A stretch of 64,000 nt of DNA from an uncultured Armatimonadia bacterium (lineage in GTDB: Bacteria > Armatimonadota > Zipacnadia > CAVVLO01): assembly GCA_963749155.1 (NCBI GenBank), contig CAVVLO010000005.1:256001-320000 (forward strand). The letters run 5' to 3'. The position numbers were made by a program, and so were the translations under genes. Below the pieces are notes generated by a model. It did no database searches. It was not told where the DNA came from and saw only the letters and a program-made list of their open reading frames with translations. Positions 1-9,425 of the stretch are shown piece after piece. Within the stretch, counting starts at the first letter, position 1, and each line of letters starts with the position of its first letter.

Positions 1-2
1 GC

Positions 3-1166
3 GAAGATGGCTTGATGCACCCCAATATGGGGCTCACCTGGCCCAATCCCGACTGGGGTATCCGCGTGATGGGCGTTGCCGAATATGCTCAAAGCCTTGC
101 CGACGGAACGCCTCCCCGGGCCACTACCCCGCTGGAAGTGGCCGACGAACTGGCTACTCGCGCTCAGACGACCCTGACAGCTCTTGAGCAGTGTGATTTG
201 CTGCTGGAAGGCCGCGAGGAAACTGAAGCCACCGAGGCTCGCAAAATATGCGCTCTGCTGCATATGAATTGTTATCTCGGTAACCACTTCGCCGCCAAAC
301 TGCGCGCTGCCGTGGCGTGGGAGTGCTGGCGGCTGGGCATAAATCCTGAAGAAAACAAACGGCTGTGCCTCTCCGAACTGGACACGTCTCTTGCGGCCTG
401 GCGCAAGTTGGCCGACCTGGGTTGGGAACTCCATCCTGGCGAGTTTACTTTCTGGCGGTCAGAGGTAAATCTGCAACCGCCCTGGGACCATATGGACCTC
501 TGGACAGGCTATCAATTTGTGAAGGGTAACTTTCGCACCCAGTTGCCGTATTTTGAGCGAGAACGCGCCCTTATCGCCGAGAGGCTCGAAGGAAATCCGA
601 AACGCGCTACGCTGCCTCTCTGGATGGAGCTTGCCGAAGGAGTAGAAGTGATTCAGCCGCTGCTTTCGTGGGATTTCGAGGAGGGCTTCCCTGACGCGCT
701 GCCCGAGGCCCAGGCCAGGCGCAACCTGACCACTGACCCTGACGAGGTACTTGGGGGCAAGCAGTCGGCGAAGTTCGATGCGCGCGGTTTCGATCACGAG
801 TGGGTGATGCTCGCGATGATGGCCCCCGAGGCGGCCAAACTCGAACGCGGCAAGACCTACAGGCTTGATTTTGATTATCTTGTACTCGATACTGGCGGTC
901 GGGAGCAGACCAACCTTGGCGTCGCCGCGCATACGGACACAGGTGGCTGGGAGCGCGACCTGGGTACCAACCGGTTCATCCGGGCGCGGCAAGGCCAGTC
1001 GGGCCACTGGTTTATCCAGTTCACACCTGAGGAGTTCGACGATTACCGGATATTCTGGTCGTCCCAGTATCCGGCCGAGGTGGTGCTGGACAATATCAAG
1101 CTGGCTGAAGTGAAAGCGCTTGAAGGCCAGAGCCCTGAGCGCGGAGAAGGCGGCGCGCCCTGGTAG
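3..1166 (+). CDS. 5'-truncated hypothetical protein, probably glycoside-hydrolase-like with a C-terminal carbohydrate-binding beta-sandwich
   Basis: Frame open from the window edge; C-terminal WDFEEG...GKTYRLDFDY...LDNIKL pattern typical of CBM-like domains. Confidence 0.5.
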   Translation, partial: EDGLMHPNMGLTWPNPDWGIRVMGVAEYAQSLADGTPPRATTPLEVADELATRAQTTLTALEQCDLLLEGREETEATEARKICALLHMNCYLGNHFAAKLRAAVAWECWRLGINPEENKRLCLSELDTSLAAWRKLADLGWELHPGEFTFWRSEVNLQPPWDHMDLWTGYQFVKGNFRTQLPYFERERALIAERLEGNPKRATLPLWMELAEGVEVIQPLLSWDFEEGFPDALPEAQARRNLTTDPDEVLGGKQSAKFDARGFDHEWVMLAMMAPEAAKLERGKTYRLDFDYLVLDTGGREQTNLGVAAHTDTGGWERDLGTNRFIRARQGQSGHWFIQFTPEEFDDYRIFWSSQYPAEVVLDNIKLAEVKALEGQSPERGEGGAPW

Positions 1167-2003
1167 CTAATCGGCCCCGCGCAGTTTGTAGGAAGCCCAG
1201 GCCAGGACGAAGAAAACGAACTGGCATAGCACGATAGTTGCCCCTGAGGGCAGTTCCAGCGCATACGAAAGATACAGCCCTGCGCAAGTCGCGAAAAAAG
1301 CGAATATCGCAGACAAGACGACTACAGTATTGAAGCGCTTGCCAAGCAAAGCCGCTGTAGCGCCAGGTATGACGAGGAAGGCGCTGACCAGCACCGCGCC
1401 TACCAGCTTCATCGCCACCACGATAGTCACCGCCAGCATCGCAAGCAGCAGGTGACGGACCAGGCGGACGGGTATACCCGTCATTTCGGCCATCTCGGCG
1501 TCGAAAGAGATAGCCACAAGCTCCTTCCAAAGCAGTCCCACACCAAACATTATGACTAGAAAAAGTCCCAGGATAAGGTACAAGTCCTGCTGTGAGACCG
1601 CCAGGATGCTACCAAACAGATAGCTGAAAGCTTGCGCGGTGTAATTTTCTCTCAGGGCCAGCAGCACCAGGCCAAGCGCCATCGAGACCGCAAAGAAGAC
1701 GCCTATCGCCGTGTCGCTCGAGAGTTTCGAATCGCGGGTAGATTCGGTTATGAGCGCGGCGATGGCCAGAGCGAAGAGGGCTGTAATGAGATTTACCAGC
1801 GCGTTGGGACTGTCGGCTCCGGTAATAAGCAGGCCAAGCGCGATGCCGCCAAAAGCCGCGTGGGAGATACCCTGTCCAATGAAAGCCAGTTTTTGATATA
1901 CGACAAAGACTGACAAGACCGAACACAGCCCGCTTATCAACAGGCCAGCCAAAAAAGCTCTCTGCAGAAACTCAAGGTCGGCCAGGTCAGTGAAAAAAGC
2001 CAT
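1167..2003 (-). CDS. znuB: Zn/Mn ABC transporter permease
   Basis: Hydrophobic 278 aa; GISHAAFGGIA and YLFGSILAV motifs; in an operon with ATPase and binding protein. Confidence 0.92.
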   Translation of the reverse strand: MAFFTDLADLEFLQRAFLAGLLISGLCSVLSVFVVYQKLAFIGQGISHAAFGGIALGLLITGADSPNALVNLITALFALAIAALITESTRDSKLSSDTAIGVFFAVSMALGLVLLALRENYTAQAFSYLFGSILAVSQQDLYLILGLFLVIMFGVGLLWKELVAISFDAEMAEMTGIPVRLVRHLLLAMLAVTIVVAMKLVGAVLVSAFLVIPGATAALLGKRFNTVVVLSAIFAFFATCAGLYLSYALELPSGATIVLCQFVFFVLAWASYKLRGAD

Positions 2004-2840
2004 CTAGAGGTCCTCGTCTTCGTGCGAGTGGAACCTGCGCTGATGCTCTTCATGCCTGTGGAAATAATAACCAAGCTCGCAGCCATAGAACTCCTTAAGG
2101 GTCTCTTCTGACAGGAGTTCTGGATGACCATGCCAGTGCATATGACGCGACAGGCAGACGAGGTAATCCACATATTCGGTCAGCAGGCCAATGTCATGGG
2201 AGACGACAATCAAGGTCAGGTTCATCTGCTCGCGAAAATCGCGCAGCAGTTGATACAGTTCGTCCTGGACGACGGAATCAAGGCCGGCGGTGGGCTCGTC
2301 CAACAGCAGCAATTTTGGTTGATTTATCAGGCTGCGGGCGATAAGCGCGCGTTGTTGTTGCCCGCCCGAAAGCTGCCCTATTGGGCGATCCTGGAGGTCA
2401 GCCAGGTCTACCGCCGCGAGCAGGTCGAGGGCGCGTTCTGCGACCTCGGGTGAGGGACCGCGTCCAAGGCCCAGTTTCCCGAAGCTGCCCATCAGGACGA
2501 CATCCTTCACTGTAGCGGGGAAGTCCCAATTGGCCTGCGCGCGCTGGGGCAGGTAGCCTACCCAGGTTTTACGGGCGCCAAGTCGGTCAGGGGGTAAACC
2601 AAACACGCTTATCTCGCCTGCCGAAGGTTTGAGTACGCCCATCAGCAACTTGAGGAGAGTGCTTTTACCGCCCCCATTTGGCCCGACGACGCCAACCAGT
2701 TCGCCTTCTCTTACTTCGAAATCCAGGTTCTGCAGCACCTGCAGTGAGCCCCAGGCAAAAGAAAGCCCTTTGGCACTAACGATGACCTGACCATCGCGCG
2801 TCTTCTCCTCAGTTGCCTGTTCGCCTGGATTAGTAGCCAC
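2004..2840 (-). CDS. znuC: Zn/Mn ABC transporter ATP-binding protein
   Basis: Walker A GPNGGGKST, LSGGQQQR, LLLDEP; His-rich C-terminus; probable GTG start at 2840 overlapping the znuA stop. Confidence 0.92.
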   Translation of the reverse strand: MATNPGEQATEEKTRDGQVIVSAKGLSFAWGSLQVLQNLDFEVREGELVGVVGPNGGGKSTLLKLLMGVLKPSAGEISVFGLPPDRLGARKTWVGYLPQRAQANWDFPATVKDVVLMGSFGKLGLGRGPSPEVAERALDLLAAVDLADLQDRPIGQLSGGQQQRALIARSLINQPKLLLLDEPTAGLDSVVQDELYQLLRDFREQMNLTLIVVSHDIGLLTEYVDYLVCLSRHMHWHGHPELLSEETLKEFYGCELGYYFHRHEEHQRRFHSHEDEDL

Positions 2841-3750
2841 TGCCCAGCGCCTCCGCCAACGCGCGCCCATTGGCAAGCTGAAGCTCGATATAGCTAGTCC
2901 GCTCGCCGCCAGCACCGCCGAGGGGATCGAGCTTAACCACTTTCGCGCCGGTTTCTTTGGCAATAACCTGGGCTGCCTGATCGGAAAGCTGGGGCTCTGC
3001 GATGACAACGCGTACCTGGGCAGCTTTAGCCTGCTGGACGAGCTCTGCCAGGTGGCTGGCTGCAGGCTCTACTCCTGCATGCTCCTCGATTAGCCCAGCT
3101 TCTTTAAGGCCCAGTTGTTCGTAGAAATAGGAAAACGCGTTGTGGAAAGATATTACCGGAGCCCCTTTGTAAGGCTCGAGCAAAGCTGTCAGTTGCGTCT
3201 TCATAGCCTGAAGCTGCTTCAAATACGTCTCGCGATGCTCTTTGTATTGGCCCCCCTGCAGGGGATCTTCATTTTCCAGCCCATAGGAGAGGCGCAGTAC
3301 CAGTTCGCTTGCGAAATCCGGCCCAAGCCAGACATGCGGGTTGGCCAGGAACTCTGACTTGCGCAGTGGATGATCGGCGGCCAGCGCATCGCCCAGCTTG
3401 ATTATCCGAACATCAGATTTGGACAGAGCCTCTACAAGCTTGCCAGCCCATTCTTCAAGGCCCAGTCCGATCATTACGAAAACATCAGCTTTGGATAAAT
3501 CAGTAACTTGCTGAGGGGTCGGCTCAAAAGTGTGGGGGCTTGCGCCAGGAGGCAGCAGGCAGGTTACTTCAGCTTCGGGACCGGCAAGCTCGCGCACCCA
3601 GTCGGCAAGTGGCGGGATGCTGACCACTACTCTCAGGGGAGGATCTTCAGGCTCAAGCGGTGGCACACTGGCCTGTTGGCCAACCTGGCAGCCAGCGAGC
3701 AAGCCAGTTAGCAGGCCTAGAACAAGCAGGATCAGAGCTGGACTTTTCAT
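2830..3750 (-). CDS. znuA: Zn/Mn ABC transporter substrate-binding lipoprotein
   Basis: Lipobox LAGC; SPHTFEPTP, NPHVWL and FHNAFSYF metal-binding motifs. Confidence 0.92.
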   Translation of the reverse strand: MKSPALILLVLGLLTGLLAGCQVGQQASVPPLEPEDPPLRVVVSIPPLADWVRELAGPEAEVTCLLPPGASPHTFEPTPQQVTDLSKADVFVMIGLGLEEWAGKLVEALSKSDVRIIKLGDALAADHPLRKSEFLANPHVWLGPDFASELVLRLSYGLENEDPLQGGQYKEHRETYLKQLQAMKTQLTALLEPYKGAPVISFHNAFSYFYEQLGLKEAGLIEEHAGVEPAASHLAELVQQAKAAQVRVVIAEPQLSDQAAQVIAKETGAKVVKLDPLGGAGGERTSYIELQLANGRALAEALGSGY

Positions 3751-3870
3751 TTTGCTCCCTCCCAGTTATCGAATATACCACGACTTGGGCCTTAAGGTGG
3801 TTTACAGCTGCGTCAAGACTGCTATACTGCCCGGTGGTTCGTACAAATCCAAACGTCAGGGGGCGTAAAG

Positions 3871-4744
3871 ATGTATCCCGGTATTCGTGACGATATTCTT
3901 CTCGCGGCAGGTTATCCCACCCTTCTCGAAGGCCTCAAAGCAGTGGATCTCTTCAACGTTGAGATCGCAATGGACCGTGAATACAAGGTCACCAATCCGC
4001 TGGGCGGGCACCTGTGCCTTGCCGATGCGGCTGAGAAGGCCGAGTATAAGCGGATCCTTGCTGCCGAGGGAATCAAGATTGATGGTATCCTGCTCGCTAC
4101 CAACTTCAACCACGACGAGAAGCAGGCCGAGCGCGACTGGGTAGTAGGGGTGACCGAACTTGCCAAAGAGCTTGGCTGCGAGGCCATCCGGATCGACGCG
4201 ATGATGAGTGGCGAGCGCGACCTGCCCCTGGCTGAGCGCGTCGAGAAATTCGCCGAGGCAATGCGCGAGGTTATTGCCCGTACCGAAGGCAGCGGCATCG
4301 AATACGGTATCGAGAACCACGGTTTTCAGGGCAACGATCCCAACTTCCTCGAGCAGCTCTTCGATGCGGTAGGTTCGGACCGCCTTGGCGTCACAATGGA
4401 TACCGGCAACTTCTATTGGGCCGGTCATCCCATCGAGGACGTTTATGGCATCCTCGAGCGCATGGCGCCGCGCACCAAACACACCCACGTGAAGAACATC
4501 AACTATCCCGCCGAGTATCGCAACATCAAAGCGCGAACTGGGCTGGGAATATGGCAAGTATGTCAGCCCCATCTACGAGGGCGACATCGACCATGAGCGC
4601 GTCGCTGCCTTGCTCAAGGCCGCTGGCTACAAGCGGGGTTTCAACTGCGAAGATGAGTCACTCGGCAAGTTCGAGATGGACGAACGCAAGGAAATCCTGA
4701 AGAAAGACGTCGACTACCTCAAGTCTCTCTGTGACGAGAGCTAG
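3871..4744 (+). CDS. Sugar phosphate isomerase/epimerase (xylose-isomerase-like TIM barrel), frameshifted near 4529
   Basis: GIENHG, DTGNF and HTHVK motifs; the shifted frame continues RELGWEYG...EGDIDH...EDES to TAG at 4744. Confidence 0.85.
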
Positions 4745-4761
4745 CCAGTAATACAAAAAGT

Positions 4762-4796
4762 AAGGGGCGGGGGACTTGTGCCCTCGCCCCTTTTTT
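4762..4796. terminator. Intrinsic terminator between convergent genes, possibly bidirectional
   Basis: aaggggcggggg-acttgtg-ccctcgcccctttttt hairpin with T run. Confidence 0.75.
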
Positions 4797-4800
4797 CTGG

Positions 4801-5637
4801 CTAAGGGGCAGGGGCCAAAGCGGCCAGCTTGGCCTGCAAGGCATAAGGCATCATAGGGTTGGTCAGGATACCTGTCAGATACTCGGCCAGATGGTCTTTC
4901 TTGTCCAATTCGGCAAGCGCCATATCCACCATCGACTTCGGCCACAACCAGTACGCAAACTGCGTGTATAACTCCCATCTGCGCTGCTCGAGCTGCACGT
5001 CTGACATCGTGCTGACTTCATTTAGCCAGAACCGGATCTCGCTGACAGGGAAAACTTCGTGACCGGCTGAAGAGTTCTCCGACAGACTGCCGATTATATC
5101 TTCGCGAAGAGTCTCCCAATAAGTAGGATTTTCTTTCCTAATCTTACGCGAAGTTTCTATAACGCCTTGTGCCCAGTCAAATAAAGTATTTTTAATCTCA
5201 AGTTGCTTGCAGCGCTCTGGACCAAGCAGGTTTTTCACTGCCTGGACAGTGGTCTCGAGTGCCTGCTTGTAGGTTGTCTCCAGTTGGCTCTTTATCGCCT
5301 CGGCTTGCCCGGCTGCCTGGTCATAGGCCTCTTGAGTCTGGGCCTTCGCAAGCTGCTGCCTGATTTTTTCAAGCTGCGATCGCATCGCCTTATCTTGAAG
5401 CGCCGTAGCGAAGCGGAACTGCTGCCAAAGCTGCGCGAACTGAGGCCATTCTTCCGCAGTCAGTTTGAGAGCGACGAAGTCCTTCAGCAAATCGGCGTCC
5501 TGCTGGAACTCGGCCAGGTTGTACCAGTCCGGTATGGCTTCTGGCCCAGGTTGCTGAGCGTTCCCAGCCCCGCCGATTATCATCACCAGCATCAGCACGA
5601 AGAAGAGTAAAGCTTTGACTAAGGGTTTATTTCTCAT
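4801..5637 (-). CDS. Hypothetical secreted helical protein
   Basis: Signal peptide; RBS AGGGGG; Gln/Glu-rich coiled-coil-like region. Confidence 0.7.
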   Translation of the reverse strand: MRNKPLVKALLFFVLMLVMIIGGAGNAQQPGPEAIPDWYNLAEFQQDADLLKDFVALKLTAEEWPQFAQLWQQFRFATALQDKAMRSQLEKIRQQLAKAQTQEAYDQAAGQAEAIKSQLETTYKQALETTVQAVKNLLGPERCKQLEIKNTLFDWAQGVIETSRKIRKENPTYWETLREDIIGSLSENSSAGHEVFPVSEIRFWLNEVSTMSDVQLEQRRWELYTQFAYWLWPKSMVDMALAELDKKDHLAEYLTGILTNPMMPYALQAKLAALAPAP

Positions 5638-5772
5638 TGATATCCCCCCTGACTTGATGGCCTTATGCTGTATACGCTCCAGGCAACGGTTCCGGTTTCG
5701 CTATTTGACGGATTGAGTCAGCAGGAGAATAATGCGCCTGTCCGTTTTGAGCTGGTTGTGAGGGATGCCTCG

Positions 5773-6705
5773 ATGCACCAACTGAGACCCGCTACACCCG
5801 CCGCGGCAGGCAAGTGGTATGCCGCACTGCCACCAATTGATTTGGAAACAACCGAGCTTGTAGTCGAGGCCCCAGGCGAAGGCCCTGGCAATTGGGCTGG
5901 CGCCCCTGGTATCACCTTCGACCCTCTGGGGGGCCGCTGGCTCCTAACCTGGCGCGAGCGAAGCTCCGAAAAGCGCGGCCACACTTTTCATCTTGCCGAA
6001 AGCGAAGATGGCCTGTATTTCACCGAAATCTGGGCCTGCACCGCCGCCGACTTTGAATCCGCCAGTATCGAGAAAGGCTCTCTCCTCTACTGCCCCGACG
6101 GCCTTTATCGGCTTTATCTCAGTTATGAGTGCCCAACTGGGGGCTGGCAGATAGACGTGCTGGAGGCCGAAAGGCCCGAATTGCTCGATCCCTATAGCAG
6201 ACATGAGGTACTCACCCCCAAGAGCCTTGGTACCGGCCACGTAAAAGATCCTTTCGTGCTCAATATTGGCGGCCAGTATTGCCTGTATGCGGATTTTGGC
6301 GAAGGCTACGAAGCGACTGGATTTGCCTCCAGCCCGAATGGTCGGGACTTTCACTGGCATGGCCAGGTGCTGGCACTTGGCGAGGGATGGGACAGCCTGA
6401 GTGCTCGGGCGACCTGCGTTTGCAGGATGCAGGGGCTTTGGCTCATGTTCTATGATGGCGCGCGCACAAGGGAAGAAGTGCGCGAGGAGAAAGCAGGCCT
6501 TGCGATAAGCTGGGATATGCTCAACTGGCATAAACTCAGCACCCAGAGCCACTTCTACGCTTCGCCTTTCGCTACCGGCTCGTTGCGCTATCTCGAGTGT
6601 GTGCCCTTTGAGAGAGACTCTTACTGGCTGTATTTCGAGGCCGCCAGAGCAGATGGCGCTCACGAGCTGCGCCGCGCGACCTTCAGCGCCAATTTCGAGG
6701 GCTGA
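5773..6705 (+). CDS. Five-bladed beta-propeller glycoside hydrolase (GH43/32/130-like)
   Basis: WAGAP, SIEK, HVKDP, MFYDG and LRYL blade motifs; ATG at 5773 follows GAGGG. Confidence 0.65.
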   Translation: MHQLRPATPAAAGKWYAALPPIDLETTELVVEAPGEGPGNWAGAPGITFDPLGGRWLLTWRERSSEKRGHTFHLAESEDGLYFTEIWACTAADFESASIEKGSLLYCPDGLYRLYLSYECPTGGWQIDVLEAERPELLDPYSRHEVLTPKSLGTGHVKDPFVLNIGGQYCLYADFGEGYEATGFASSPNGRDFHWHGQVLALGEGWDSLSARATCVCRMQGLWLMFYDGARTREEVREEKAGLAISWDMLNWHKLSTQSHFYASPFATGSLRYLECVPFERDSYWLYFEAARADGAHELRRATFSANFEG

Positions 6706-6723
6706 GGCCCCAAGGAGTCACCA

Positions 6724-7419
6724 ATGGCCTGGCTACGTCTTTCATATGATGTCGTGACCAATATGCCCGTCTGGCCGGGCACACCCAACCTCGAGTTCGA
6801 GGCCGACAGCGAGATTGCCGAAGGCTCGAGTTCGGTCTGCTTCGTCTACAGATTCTGTATGTCCAACCACGCGGGCACCCATGTAGATGGCCCCAAACAC
6901 TTCAACGGAGCGGGCAAGAGCGTCTCGGCTTTCGAAGCGGGCCATTATGTGTTCGATTCGCCGGTGCTGATCTCGCTTGAGAAAGAGCCTGATGCCCTCA
7001 TCACCGAAAGCGACCTGCTCGGTTTCAAAGAGGAATTGGAAGACGCCGACCTGCTGCTCGTGCGCACCGGATTTGGCGAAAAATATCGCCTGGCTGATCC
7101 AGAGTTCTATGTCACCCATAATCCAGGCCTGTCGGCTGGCGCGGCGCATCTGTTGATGAATCGCTATCCCAGGCTGCGAGCAATCGCCGTGGATATGGTC
7201 TCAGTCAGCGGCTACCAGCACAAGCGCGAAGGCACCCTCACCCACCAGTTGCTCTGCGGGATGGACCGGCAGGATGAGCGCGCCATAATGCTGATCGAGG
7301 ACGTTGATCTCTCAGCTCCCGAGCTGCAGGGGGGCGCGCTCGAGCAAGTCATACTCGCCCCGCTCTTCCTGCCCGAACTGGACAGCTCTCCCTGCACCCT
7401 GTTTGCCAAAGTCGTCTAG
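6724..7419 (+). CDS. Cyclase / kynurenine formamidase family metallohydrolase
   Basis: HAGTHVDGPKHF matches the HxGTHxDxPxH signature. Confidence 0.88.
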   Translation: MAWLRLSYDVVTNMPVWPGTPNLEFEADSEIAEGSSSVCFVYRFCMSNHAGTHVDGPKHFNGAGKSVSAFEAGHYVFDSPVLISLEKEPDALITESDLLGFKEELEDADLLLVRTGFGEKYRLADPEFYVTHNPGLSAGAAHLLMNRYPRLRAIAVDMVSVSGYQHKREGTLTHQLLCGMDRQDERAIMLIEDVDLSAPELQGGALEQVILAPLFLPELDSSPCTLFAKVV

Positions 7420-7499
7420 CCAGGGCAGGGGAGAGACGCGGCTGCCGAACCGGGTGGCCGGTCGTTCAACTGTAGCCAGTAGCATTGGAGGTTTCCCAA

Positions 7500-8594
7500 A
7501 TGGCCTTGCCAGAGCGCGATATCGCCCAGCGAGTTCAACGTCATAACTTCTTCCCCGAGGTGGAACTTGCAGGAGAGCGGTATTATCCACTTGTAGTGGA
7601 TCTTCACCTCCATAGCAACGTCTCGGATGGGCAGCTTTCGCCTGAGGAACGCGTCTGGGAGGCCGCTGAAGCAGGCCTGGATGCCGTCGCGCTGACCGAC
7701 CACAGTCGCATCTCGGGCAACGAACCCGCCACTCGCCTGGCCGAGCAGCTTGGTCTTATTCTGATTCCTGGTACAGAGATCCAGTTCAGCCCTTATGAGG
7801 CGCTCGGGCATGTCGTGGTACTCGGTCTCACCGAGCCGATGGACACCTCCGAAGACCACGCCGCGCTCTTCGCCGAGATCGAGCGTCAGGGCGCCATCGC
7901 TTTTTGGGCGCATCCGGGTCAGACCCTGAAACCACTGGCAGCGAAGGCTCTGGAAGAGGGCAAGTTCTGCGGTATTGAAGTCATCAATGAGGGGATCGAC
8001 AAGGATAGTGAGGGGGTGCCCTGGGGAGCCATCTCGCGCGGGGGCATCTGGTTCTATCCCAAAAGCCTGAATTGGGCCGCCCATTACGGAGTTGGCCTGT
8101 TCGCAGTCACTGATATGCATGACCCCTTCAACGATCACACCTGGCCCCGGTGCAAGAACGTGCTGCTTGTGAAAGAACGCTCTGTCGCTGGCGCCCTCGA
8201 AGCTGTAAAAGCCGGCAGGTGTATCGCCTGGTTCAAAGACCAGTTCTGGGCAGCGATGAAGCCCGAGGTTATGGGCAGTGTGCTGGGCCAGTGGATAAAA
8301 GTCCATCCACTGGTCAAGGACCGGGACTGGCAGTATCTGCGCGTCCAGAATCTGACCAGTGCCTGGCAGCGCGTCTGCATCGTGGGTGGCGCGCCAAGGC
8401 GCGGTTCGGGCGATATGGAACTGCCTCCCTATGAGACTCGCTATGTCGCCCTTCAGCCCAGTGAGCCAGGGGCTACGCTGGCTGTCCAACTGACCTGGGC
8501 AAACGGCTTTGCGCCAGTGCCCGAGGCCTGGACCGATGCGTTCGACACCGAAGAGACCGCGCGGCCTCTCTTCACAATCAACGTCTCCTGCTAG
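7500..8594 (+). CDS. PHP-domain metallohydrolase
   Basis: DLHLHSNVSDG, ALTDH, AHP and DMH motifs; GGAGG RBS. Confidence 0.85.
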   Translation: MALPERDIAQRVQRHNFFPEVELAGERYYPLVVDLHLHSNVSDGQLSPEERVWEAAEAGLDAVALTDHSRISGNEPATRLAEQLGLILIPGTEIQFSPYEALGHVVVLGLTEPMDTSEDHAALFAEIERQGAIAFWAHPGQTLKPLAAKALEEGKFCGIEVINEGIDKDSEGVPWGAISRGGIWFYPKSLNWAAHYGVGLFAVTDMHDPFNDHTWPRCKNVLLVKERSVAGALEAVKAGRCIAWFKDQFWAAMKPEVMGSVLGQWIKVHPLVKDRDWQYLRVQNLTSAWQRVCIVGGAPRRGSGDMELPPYETRYVALQPSEPGATLAVQLTWANGFAPVPEAWTDAFDTEETARPLFTINVSC

Positions 8595-8659
8595 ATATCC
8601 CGCGAAGGCCCGAAAAGGGCTTTCGCTTGCCCAGAAACTTTAATAATGTGAAAAACTAC

Positions 8660-8688
8660 TTGCATAAAGTGAAAGGATATGGTATGCT
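8660..8688 (+). promoter_or_regulatory. Sigma70-type promoter overlapped by a direct repeat
   Basis: TTGCAT-17-TATGCT; TAAwGTGAAA at 8644 and 8665. Confidence 0.55.
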
Positions 8689-8716
8689 CTGGTTAGTCTG
8701 AATAGAGTTGAGGGTT

Positions 8717-9035
8717 ATGAAACGCGAAGACTTGCAGAAAAGCCCGCTTGCTTACCTTGACGCGCAGGAGCTGGAGTTCATCACCAGGTTCGTCCTGGCC
8801 TCCGGCTCGCTGAAAGAGGTCGCCAAGCAGTATGGAGTCAGTTACCCAACGCTCAGAGGCCGGCTGGACAAGCTGATTGAGAAATTGCAGCAGGCCAGGA
8901 CCGAGCGAGCCCCGGATGAGGTGCTCGATCTGATGGCCGACCTTATAGAAGCTGGCGAGATAACGATTTCCGGAGCCAAGACGGCTTCGAGAAGCCTACA
9001 GGAAGAAGTCCGAGGAGGAGAAGCGCGATGACTGA
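8717..9035 (+). CDS. DUF2089-family HTH protein, probable frameshift near 8980
   Basis: FVLASGSLKEVAKQYGVSYPTLRGRLDKLI signature; the alternative frame ends RLREAYRKKSEEEKRDD*. Confidence 0.8.
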
Positions 9036-9384
9036 GTGGTATGGGATGCAGACTGGTATCTGGATTGGCGCAGGTGGGGGAGCTTTTATTGGCATACTGG
9101 GAGGCCTGATAGGCACCCTGACCAGCCTCTGGGCTCCCAAGGGGCTGCACAAGGCTTTCCTGCTGGGGACTTACAAACTGCTCAGGCTGGTCGGTGCTGT
9201 GGCGCTGGTTGCTGGGGTCGTCGCGCTCGTGCAAAAGCAGCCCTATCACGTTTACTACCCGCTGCTGCTGCTCGGACTGATTCTGCTGGTAGTGATGAGC
9301 GGTGTGCTGCCAGGCGTGAAGCGCCAGTATGAAGCCGCCGAACAGCGCAAGCTGCAGGCCGAGGATTTCCGAAGCGAATCATGA
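9028..9384 (+). CDS. Small membrane protein with 3 predicted TM helices
   Basis: Three hydrophobic segments, QPYHVYYPLLL motif; overlaps the DUF2089 gene end. Confidence 0.75.
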   Translation: MTEWYGMQTGIWIGAGGGAFIGILGGLIGTLTSLWAPKGLHKAFLLGTYKLLRLVGAVALVAGVVALVQKQPYHVYYPLLLLGLILLVVMSGVLPGVKRQYEAAEQRKLQAEDFRSES

Positions 9385-9390
9385 GTGGAG

Positions 9391-9421
9391 AAGGGGCCCG
9401 GCCAATCAACCGGGCCCCTTT
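9391..9421. terminator. Intrinsic terminator hairpin between convergent genes
   Basis: aaggggcccgg-ccaatcaa-ccgggccccttt. Confidence 0.7.
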
Positions 9422-9425
9422 CGCT

